Shown here in pieces: positions 36,600 through 47,100 of a DNA stretch of 59,340 nucleotides (position 1 is its first letter; each line of letters starts with the position of its first letter). The notes under the pieces were generated by a model. That model was not told where the DNA came from, made no database searches, and saw nothing but the letters and a program-made list of their open reading frames with translations. This DNA comes from Gonapodya sp. JEL0774. Lineage: Eukaryota. Made by a program: the position numbers and the translations under genes. The stretch lies in contig JADIIX010000139.1 of assembly GCA_027604505.1 (NCBI GenBank), positions 1-59,340 on the forward strand, written 5' to 3'.

Positions 36600-37354
36600 T
36601 ACTCAGGTGCACAGTCTTGAATAATCAAGATCTCTACCCAAATCCATGCAATTTTGAAGCCACAGTTGTGGCAGGGAATGTGCTCAGCTGGGCTTGACCC
36701 ACTTCATTGCTCTTTCAAGGACTGCAAAATAGTACTGCAGTCTGTCATTGGAACCTACAACAACCACGAACAACACTCCACAACCAAGTGCATCCCCAAT
36801 GTCCAATTCTATGGTAGGACAGATGCACAATTCCTCGTGAAAGCATAGTTGATAGAATTCTTAAAGAAGCAGAGCATCGAGAACTCTTTGAAACTGCACA
36901 CAGGAACATGGTGGGTGCTGGCGCCAAGGCCTTTGCAAGGTATGCTGCATGCAACAGAATGCACTTGATTGTTCTAAATAATGCTCCACAGATTGTTAAA
37001 CAAGATGGACAAGCTACCCCAGCCTCTTGACATTGGTGAAAGGGTTCTAGTCCGCAAAGTATTCAGAGGGAAGGGCAAGCTGCCAGGACCAATTTGGGCA
37101 CACGCAGCTAAGATTACTATGATCAACAAAGCCAGATACATCAAGGTCCGAACTTGCAGTATCTACCCAGCTCCATTGCTCAACAGTGGCTCCATCAACA
37201 CAACCTCCGTGCAATACCTCCCAAAATCTCCAATGAGGACATTTGGAAGGTCAGGATTTCTCTGAGTTCCCCGGAAGAAGACTTTGCGGTGCAGGCCATT
37301 TTGGGTTTCAGAGATAATGGGGGCACAAGAAAGTATCTAGTTTTGTGCTGGTGA
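36600..37354 (+). mobile_element. Degenerate gypsy/Ginger-type integrase C-terminus with chromodomain
   Basis: 'LQSVIGTYNNHEQHSTTKCIPNVQFYGR' (end of integrase core), 'LDIGERVLVRKVFRGKGKLPGPIW' (GPY/F-like), 'EEDFAVQAILGFRDNGGTRKYLVLCW' (chromodomain). Frameshifted, with no RT seen. Confidence 0.65.
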
Positions 37355-39251
37355 TGTTATCTCCCTTGGAGATGATGCAAAAGCAACAAGCACAAGTCCA
37401 GGCAAGGGAGGGATCCCCATGGTTGTTGACAGGGACTATTGTGCATCTATTTGTTAATTCAGAAATTTTGCAGAGCTGGTGCTTACAGGCAGGTGTCCTG
37501 AGACTGTTGTGAAAAAGTGTGATGATAAGGAAGCCAAAGCTGACAAGAAGCTCTCAAACCAAGCTGTCACAATGTGTAGTGTGAGTTTGGAGGACCACTT
37601 TGAACATCCATTTCCTCTCAACAAAGTGTGACCTGCTTAGGAGTTACCACCTAAGCAAGGATGTAGCAAGAGACATAACATCTAAATGAATCCAAGTTAA
37701 TACGAATTCAGCACACGTCTTACCTGGAGACTTAGTGCCAAATACTCAAGCCTAAGGAATCTAAACGTCACGTGACAGCTGTGCCACCAAACCCCCAAAC
37801 ACCTCCAAGTACCCCAGAAAACCACTATGTGGAATACCACTATAAGTGGGTTATCCCACCCTTATGATATTATTCTGTGGTACCCACTATCAGAGAGGGC
37901 ATTATTTATATACAATTACAATCACTTGGCCATAATGATCCGGCTCCTTTTGGCAATAGAAATGTATTCGAAACAGGATTTGACATCAACACCTGACTTG
38001 GCTTCTGACTGTGTTTTCAATACATTATTAATATTTTGACGGCCAAAAAGCCATTCCCCGAAACGCTACTTCTTCCTGTCCTGAAGAGTGAAGACCCTGC
38101 ACAACACTTGATGACTCCCTCATGGTACAGAGGGAGTCCTTTGAGTTGCCAACGCTTGACTTTATCGTTTGTCTGAGGGGCAGCAGAGACAAGTCCAGAA
38201 GGTTCACATGTTGGCCAGTGAAATATGATGAACTCACTCCTGCCCCAATCCTCTCTATCCACTGTCTGTCAGTCATCACTGCATTATAGACAGGTTATCT
38301 TGCCATCCAAGCCCCGTCTTGCACGTCTACAGCTTGTCCAAAGACTCTCCAGGCTGTCCTTAGTCATGTCCAAGTGGTTGACGTCATAGTCCCATGCAGA
38401 ACTTCGTGTTGAAGACTTCATTGATTTTCTGCAATGCCGTGCCCTTCTTTGGCCGTTAGTTGGCTAGAACCAGCTCGCCAATGTGATCCAAGAGCCATAT
38501 CTCCCTCACATGGCTCAAAACTGCGTCCGACTTCCCTGTTTACTCGACTTCTGGACTTTTCCTTGACTATCTGGGGCTTTTTGGCCTTTGGTGCTGCCTC
38601 TGGGGGTCTTGTTCTGTTGAATATCTGAAAACACGATTGAAAAACACCTCCTGAGCCGGTGTATTTCAAAGAGGGGAGATGCAAAAAGGAGGCAGGGAGA
38701 AAGGGAACGCCAGGAAAATCACGTGCACCTCCCACAACGGAGTTTCCCGAGTTTCCCACGCAAGCCATCGCCACTCTCACGCGTGTCCCCTCTTTCGAAT
38801 CTCTTTTCCGTGCAACAAGCTTCCGCCCACCCCCGGGACACCGCAAAAGTGGGTATCCCCGAAACCCAGCCTTCTCTCCGAAACAGGACAACTCCCGAAC
38901 CCTCACTACCCTTCAATTAATGTGGATGTTACAAGAGTATTTGTTGATCGTGTTCAAAGGAAATGAGAACTCGAGCTGGGAGCGGTCAGATGCTGTAAAC
39001 CCAACCATCTTGGTTTTGGATCTGGTTGCGACGCGACGAGATGAATCACACAGAAGCGGGACGTTGCCGCAAGTCACTATGAAACTGGCGGGGTGCGCAC
39101 CAATGCAATCACGCTCTTCCGCGGTCCCGCCTTCACTCTGTACCTCACACTCGGGGAGTACTGGCGTCGCCATCTGACCTTTCTTCCTCCCTCCTTTCTC
39201 TTCGGTTATCGCACCGAGCTCTAGGAGCTAAATCCACTCCCTAGTAGATAC

Positions 39252-41403
39252 ATGTCCACACTCGGTCCTACCACTCCCTTCCCTTCAAACCCTTCGGCCG
39301 ACCCCCCCTCCGTCCCTGCCCTACCTCCCTTCCCATCGTCCCCGTCCCCCACTGCTCGATGCTGGATTTGCTGGGACGACATCTCTGCGTCGTCTCCACA
39401 CGCTCATCCCAAGAGTAAACGGCGACGGAGCATAATCAGGACCTGTGAGGGGTGCAGGGATGTGGATTTACAGTATGCACATCAACATTGGTGGGTACAG
39501 GCAAAGAGCGAGTACGAAGGACTGTGCTGGAAGATATGTGATGAGCGGATCTTGAAGAGGCTGGCTCACTCACGGAGGGCAGTGAGCGTGTATTGCTCCA
39601 ACAATGGAACACTTTCTTGTTCTATCGTGCAATTTTAATGATGTACGAGCAACGCGTCACGTGTTGGATTTGTCGGAGCATTTGGATCGCTGGAACGCGT
39701 GAGGAGTTCCTCCTGCTTCATCTATTTCCCGCTCACCGGACCTCCCAAACTGCTCTCGTCCACTTACTGCTACTCTTAAACACCGACCGTCTGGCCTCCG
39801 TTAGTTTCGAAAAATGGATCGACTCGACGCCCCCAACCAACCCAATCCCAGCAGCCGACCCTGCGTCACCCGCGGCCCTCCTCCACCTCACTCGCCGTAT
39901 CCTCTCTGCGGGTCCTTGGGGGTCTCTAGTCATGGCCGTACGTGTGCAAATGGGTGGCGCGGAGAGGGGTGTAAGAGGTGCAGGGGGATTGGGTGGAGTA
40001 GGGGTCGACGGGGCGGGGCCGGGACCTGGCGGAATGGGCAGGATGGGCAGGAGAGGCAGCGGGCCAATCAAGGGTGGTAAGAGAGATAGGATACCGTACA
40101 GGTGTAACAGGTGAGTTGCTTTGGTATTGAGTCTTGTGTGTCGGTTTTGCTGGTATGGATGACGGACCCGACCGATTGGAGTCTTTGCATACCGAGAATC
40201 TGAGTATTGAGGCTCGTGGTTGCGTAGTTGGACAGTCGGGCAAGTCACCGTGAAAGACAAGTTTGGTAGTCCGTCGTTGAAACGTGCATTTCAATCGTTC
40301 TGTAGATGCCTGCAAAACCTAACTCTCACCATTTCCACCCGTCCGTTGAACCCATTTGTGGTCATGTACCGCGAATCGGGTCTCATAATCATATTCGCCT
40401 ACGCGGTGTCGTTAATATGCGCCGCGATGCTGAGTGCGGCATGTATATTGTCCGCGGGAGTCCACGTGTGGAATGTGGCGATGGCCGAAGGGGGCTGGGG
40501 TGCTGAGTGGGCGAGACAGCTGGGGCTTGAGGGAGCGATTGGGAGGTTAGATGGTGGATTGGGGAACCGTGGTGGCGAGGGAATCCATATGCTTGATGGG
40601 AGTGGGTATTACGCGAGAGGTGTGTCCAGAATTCATGTGCAAGACGCAGTGGAGAGAATGGGCTGGGGCACAGTGACAGCAGGATTGGTGATGAGTAGTT
40701 TAGGGTGGTGGTTGTTGATTAAGGTGGGTTGAGCTAGGCTTGGTTGTAATCGCTCGCTGTGTCTTTTGCTCACGCTTGATTTGCTGTTATGTCACTCGAA
40801 CGGCATTTGGCTGTTTTGGTCGCTACACCACTGTAGTTTATTCTCCACCCATTTCATGGCCGTGTGACCCGTCACGTGCGCGGACTCGTTAAGCAGCTCT
40901 CCGATACGGGAACAAGTGCGGACGGTGTTGGTGTTGGTGTTGGGTTGGGCGCACCAGCCAGAAGAGTGAGAACTGACAGCGGTGGTGGCGGTGCGGCAAC
41001 CGATACGGAGAACGAGGGGGAGAGGGAGGAGGAGGAGGAAGGAGTAAGTTCTGGAGCACCTGGGCGAGCGGCGATGGATCAGAGCTGGGACACTGCACTT
41101 CCCGGTGGAGTCATGGGGACGAACGTGATTAGGCCCTTAGTTCCTGGCGATGTGGCGTGGGAAAGACGGGGGAGATCAGGGTGGTTGGCATGGGTTTCGG
41201 GAGGTGGCGTCGGAAAGGACGTTGCAGGTCCCAGTACACCTGCATCTAGTGGACTCTTACCTGCAATCCATGAAGTTGACGAAGACGATGAGGATGAAGA
41301 TGTGACTGGATTTGGAGTGTCAGGGCTTGTGGATTTGATGTGGGAGTTGGCTGGCGTGGGTGCGTGGAGGGGGGGCGATGGATGGGATGGGGAGGATGAT
41401 TAA
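39252..41403 (+). CDS. RING-CH (RINGv/MARCH-type) membrane E3 ubiquitin ligase, multi-exon
   Basis: 'CWICWD...IIRTCEGC...LQYAHQHCFEKWID...YRCNRC' (C4HC3 after splicing). Hydrophobic segments 'LIIIFAYAVSLICAAMLSAACIL' and 'WGTVTAGLVMSSLGWWLLI'. Acidic/Gly-rich tail. Confidence 0.75.
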
Positions 41404-41540
41404 CAATTCATTTTGCGGAGGAAAAGTGTGTGGCATTTCCATGAAAGGGTTTCATACTCTTATTGATACAAATTTGTGACTGAGAAAAATGTGGATGGTG
41501 CCCCTATCCTCTACCCTCCCCCTTCTGCGTGATTCTTCAA

Positions 41541-42046
41541 ATGTCTCACTGGACGCAACGCCTTGTGAAATTGCCTGCAAAGCGAAGAGGCTGCCACCTT
41601 GTCACGTCCGACATAACTCAGCAGATAGGCTCTGACCTGTCGCAGTTCCAGATTGGAATGGCTAATGTGTTTCTGCAACATACCTCAGCCTCCCTCACTT
41701 TGAATGAAAACTACGACCCGGATGTGCGAGTGGACATGGAGGTGAGTGATGGAAGTGAGCGCTTGAGAGGCAGTTGCTTCACTCCTCCTCAACGATCACC
41801 GCATACTACCGTAAGATGATGCTTAACAAACTCGCGCCCGAGTCCGCGCCATACACGCATACGATGGAAGGATCCGACGACATGCCGGCCCACGTCAAGA
41901 GCTCTCTATTCGGCGTTTCTCTGAATATTCCCGTCCGAGACGGGAAGCTTGCTTTGGGTACTTGGCAAGGGATTTGGCTTTGCGAGCATCGCGATGACGG
42001 TGGCAGTCGGAAGTGTGTGGTGACGATACAAGGATTGAAGAAGTGA
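41541..42046 (+). CDS. yjbQ: UPF0047 / YjbQ family protein (2 exons)
   Basis: 'RRGCHLVT...[24 protein letters not shown]', '[45 protein letters not shown]'. Confidence 0.95.
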
Positions 42047-43185
42047 GGAGAGATATCTTCTTTCTTTTTTTTCATGACATGTAAGATATCCAATGAACAT
42101 TTTTGACCCACTTGTTGGCACGTGACTACCGGATGACCGTGTCCAATTCGGGAATGAAGAATGAAAGGTCGAAGCTAAGGAAATCATGACGCAGAACCAC
42201 ATTTCTGGTCTCCTCTTCTCCTGCAGACGGCTAAGAACGATTGCGACCGCCGAACACTGTCTGTGTGAATGGCTCTCTGGGATCGGGTGTTGTGTTCCCG
42301 TTATGGCTAACGGATTTTGACAACCGGATGAAGGAAGTTAAGCGGTTAGAGAGAAGGGGGTGGTTCGCCAACGTGAATCTGCGTGGAGAGATCCGCTGTC
42401 GGACGCAATTTTGCTGTTTGCAATTGTTTGCCAACGGCGCTCCGGAGGCGGCGGCGCGGCCCCCCCCCCCCCCCCCCTCCCAAAAAAAAAAAAAAAAAAA
42501 AGAGAAAAGAAAAGCAAAGAGCCTGAAACCCGAGAACACCAGAACGCACGGAAGAGGCTCAAGGGGTTACCTTCATTAAGAGGGACTGGGAGAGGGGGGA
42601 AGAAAAATGTAAAGAGTGAATATTTTACTTCCGACATCGAGTTCAAACTGCAACCTCGATGGGCCCTCATCTTACATAGCGTCAGAGCCACTATGTATTG
42701 GTGGGCCTGACACGATTAATTGCGTGCGAGCGTGAAAGTGTACGCGGTTTTTTCTCTTGAAGTTGGCGTTGAGATAGCTTTTATAGGCATGGGGAAACTG
42801 GGCTTAGTTCGCAAAGATCGAATGTCTCGACACTATTCCCACTGGACGCAGCGCAAGAATCTTGACCAATTCATACAAAGCAATGCATAGAATCCATAGT
42901 CCTCTTATATTTCGATAAAAGAATGAGAGAGCGCTGCCGCTCTCATGCGCCAATTTACAGATAAACAGTTGAGAGAGATAGGTCCGAATCTTTCTCACGC
43001 AGGGGCCACGAGTTGGGTTATATAAGCCCCAGCGGAATTCTCCCGAAGGGCAAATTCAACCGTTTTCTCGGCGATGGAGTTGATGTGGAATCTGCTAGAG
43101 GGAGGTGTGTACCCTCATCGCATTGCCGGGGGGGGGGGGCGGGCGGCGGGGCGGGGGGGGGGGGGGGGGGCGGGGGGGGGGGGGG

Positions 43186-43195
43186 NNNNNNNNNN
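43186..43195. other. Assembly gap (10 N) flanked by poly-G/poly-C low-quality sequence
   Basis: Run of N with homopolymer tracts on both sides. Confidence 0.95.
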
Positions 43196-43319
43196 CACAC
43201 CCCCCGCGTGTTTTCCCCGCTCGGCCAATTGCCCCCTTTTTCTCGGGGGTGCGGGTGTGTGGTCTAGCCCCTAGGGGCGGGTTTCCCCCCCACGCCATTG
43301 CCCCCCCCCCCCCCCCCCC

Positions 43320-43776
43320 GGGTCGAACGCACTTTTTTAACTGGAACCTTCGTCCATTCTCCTCTGATCCACCATGATGTATCGTCAGAAGTGACAACAA
43401 CTTCGAACCTGCTGCGAAAGAGAGTGTCTCGTTTTGTCCTTCTTCGCAATCACCCGGATTACAATCTGCCACCTGGGCTGGGGATAGATTTTACGAACAA
43501 GGTGAGCACTCAAATTCTAGCCTGGCCAACTTCGCTACCAGTTAACCAATGATTTCTGTTTTGGCAAACAGAGACATACAAGTGTGGTTCTCGCAACCAG
43601 AAAATGTCAAGAGGCCTCCAAAGGACGGCATTCCGTTCGTTTTCCAGAATTTTGACATTCTGGTGGACGTGGCCACAATTCGTAATGCACTCGGTCAGAT
43701 TACTGATGTGCCTGCTTCCGTCAAGGAAGCACACGCGGAGGCATGGGCTGATCCTCATGCACATATTTTCTTGTAA
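43320..43776 (+). CDS. 3' part of a hypothetical protein; 5' part lost in low-quality sequence or the gap
   Basis: Protein-like frames 'LLRKRVSRFVLLRNHPDYNLPPGLGIDFTNK' (GT donor at ~43502) and 'ISVLANRDIQVWFSQP...AWADPHAHIFL*'. Confidence 0.3.
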
Positions 43777-44154
43777 ATATATACTTTTGTAAATATATGA
43801 GGACGATCGGATGCTGATTATCGCTAACAGAAAAGAAGGGGGTCTGCCTTGGTGCTTTTGTTGTCTCTTGTTGAGCAGTGTGTTTCTGAACCATTCAATG
43901 AACAAGCACCTTGAAAAGGAACAAATTCCAGCACGTAGACGAGTACAAGAATGTCCCCATCGTGAACTTTGTGCGGACCTAGAGAGTTAGTTGATGCCCA
44001 TGTGCGACGCAAACATGATCCTGCAGACCAGTTGAGTGAGGGAGGATGTGATCTCGTGGCCAGTGAGAGTGAGAGAGTGAGGGTCCTCAAGGTAACCACC
44101 CCCTCCCATTGTATTGAGTGCACCCGCTGTAACACGGGGATATTGCTAAAGAAC

Positions 44155-47100
44155 ATGAGCGAGCGACTCTATGCCCTGTTCTCGCACTTTTTCGGCGCTC
44201 CACCTGCCCCTGCTCCTGTAGTCTCCCCAAAACCCGCCACGGTACACACTCGTGCCATCCATCAATCACTCCTCCACAAGCTCGATTTCTCGGATACTGG
44301 TAGGTACATCCGGGCGACGTCCGCATCACAATAGTGACATGAAAGCAATTTGTTTTCAATGCAATTTTCAGCCGATTTCGATGATGCTCGGCAGGGATAC
44401 ATCGGCTCATGCGAGGACCTGATTGTGCCTGCGGATGATTTGAAAGGGGGAGCGGCCTGGAATCTGAACGACTATAAATTCATTGATGAGTCGGAGGTTG
44501 CCCCTGATACGGTGAGTGTCCAGGTGTTAGAATTTTTGGTTGTATAAGACGGGACTTCCCTTTTGAAGGTAAATCCTTCTCTGTGGCGTCAAGCAAGACT
44601 GAACAATATTCATGGTCTCTTCAAAATCGTGGATCGCGTGTATCAGATTCGAGGGTACGAAATCAGCAAGTTGGTAATCTCCTCGGTGAAGCACTGCTCC
44701 CCCTTTACTCATCACGTAATTTTCGGACATTATTATTGCGTCAAGTATGACGATCATGGAGGGTGATAAAGGGCTTATCATTATTGATCCAGCGATCTGT
44801 GTTGAGACTGCACGAAGAATGATGGAGCTCTACTACACCCATCGCCCAAGAAGGGATGTATCGACCATCATCTACACCCACTCACATGCTGGTGAGCCTA
44901 GAGCTCCCTCTTTGTGCTTGCAATTTGCTGTCTAACTACTGGATGAAGATCATTACGGCGGTGTCCGTGCAGTCACGTCGCCTGAGGAAGTTGCTGATGG
45001 CAAAGTACAAATCAGTGAGATGTTACAGAACTTAACTTCCGTGGATGAGCGGACCTCAAACGTGCACTTCTATAGTCGCTCCTACTGGGTTCATGGAACA
45101 TGCGATCTCAGAGAATGTGTTTGTTGGAAATGCGATGAGCCATCGTGCCACGTACATGGTTTGTTCACACCGCCCTCCTTTTTACAATGGGATTTTGTTA
45201 TGATGCATGGGTTCTTTGCCAACCAACAGTACGGCTCCAATCTTCCTCGAGGCCCGAGAGGACAGGTTGATGTTGGACTCGGCAAGACGATCTCGAAGGG
45301 GCGAATCTCGTTGATTGCGCCAAACATACTTATCAAGAATACGACGGAAACGCATCTGGTAGATGGAATCGAAACTGTGTTCTATCTGGTGAGCAAAGTT
45401 GGGAAGGACATGATTCCACGCATATTTCTCCCACTGGTCCAACTTTACTTCTATTTTTTAAATGGCACCAAACTGATCTGCTATCATGATATTCTAATGC
45501 ACTTTATTTCGTCAGTGCCCCGATTCCGAAGCTCCCAGCGAATTCGTCATGTTCCATCCGCAGTTGCGGCTTCTCAACATGGCGGAAATAGCGACGAAAA
45601 ATCTCCACAACTTGCAAGTCATAGTGGAACCGCACTTCGATCTCACATCATTTATTTATACTCTCTCACCAGGTACACCATCCGTGGCGCCAAAGTCCGA
45701 GATGGCAACCTTTGGAGCCGCTACATCAACCATGCTCTCCATGTCTTCGCTCCACAATCAGATGTCTGCATCGCACAACACCACTGGCCCACTTTTGGGA
45801 CAGAGAAGATACTTACATACCTTGAGAAGCAAAGAGACGTGTATAAATTTATTCACGATCAGACAGTCCGACAGATGAACCATGGAGCGACACCAGCTGA
45901 GATTGCGGAAACATTGAAGATCCCAAGGAGCCTTGAGAGGGAGTGGTCCGTCCGAGATTACTACGGCACCATAAGCCACAACGCCAAGGCGCAGTACCAG
46001 CTCTATCTGGGCTGGTATGACGGAAACGTATGTTTGCAGTTTCGTTCCTAAGTCCATAGTTTTGTCTGAATGGTCACAAAACCAGCCTGTTAACTTGAAT
46101 CCACACCCGCCGGTCGAAAATGCAAAGCGCTACGTTCAGTTTATGGGAGGTGCCAGAGCCATTCTTGAGCGGGCGAAGCAAGATTTTGACAACGGCGAGT
46201 TTTGCTCCTGTTCCGACTGCCAAACTGAGAGCACAACTCACGCAGTCCACGATTCACAGGAAACTACCGATTTGTTGCAACTGTAACAAATTATATTGTG
46301 TTTGCAGAACCCGCTAATGTTGAAGCGCGACTTCTATGCGCAGATGCGATGGAGCAGCTAGGATACCAAAGTGAAAGCGGACCATGGAGGGTATGTTGAC
46401 ACACCTGATGGTGTGCATTTTGAGAGTTATGAATGAACCCTTCTCTCTCGTAACAGAACGCATACCTTCAAGGCGCATATGATCTCAGGGTACTGACTCC
46501 CGTCAAACCTGGTCCTCCGCGATCTCCGCCAGCAGAATTTTTAGGAGCGCTGACCATGCCCCTTCTCCTCGACATTATGGGATTGCGTCTCTCGGCTGAA
46601 CGGGCGGGAGGGAAAAAAATAATTGTTGACTTTCAATTCCTAACAACAAACGAACGCTTCGTTGCAACGCTGAGTAACTCTACTCTCACGGTAAGCTACT
46701 TTCTTAATACGCTTCTTTCTTCTCTGACAAAAGCTTCCAGTGGACGGATGAAATTCCAGTCAGCGCCACTATCGAAGCCGATGTGTCTTTGTTCACCGAT
46801 TTTCCGACCTTCCTCCTGATTGCCACCAGGCAAATGAGCGCTTTATACGCTCTTGCAACTAGAAAATTGAAATATCGAGGCAGCATCGGCAAGTTTGCTG
46901 AGCTTACAGGGATGATGCAGCAGTTTCCAATGTCGTTCGCAATTGTGGAGCCTGGTGACACACCTAGTGCGTCAGTAGAAGCTACATCCCGTGGGATGAG
47001 CGATCCGCAAGATATCCCTGGTCCATTATCGGCAGATATAAAATTTGCCACTTGTCACACATTGTCGTCCCATCAACGAGTTCTTCAATCAATCGACATG

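Noticed and set aside
38000..39180. Short ORFs on both strands upstream of the RING-CH gene
   Set aside because: No domain signal or consistent splice structure; probably intergenic or decayed sequence.
23863..41403. BTB, F-box and RING-CH genes close together as a ubiquitin cluster
   Set aside because: These are large common families, so proximity is compatible with chance. No synteny evidence is available.
42455..43325. Poly-C/poly-A/poly-G tracts giving poly-Pro/Gly/Lys ORFs and possible G-quadruplexes
   Set aside because: They lie next to an N gap and look like low-quality read ends rather than real sequence.
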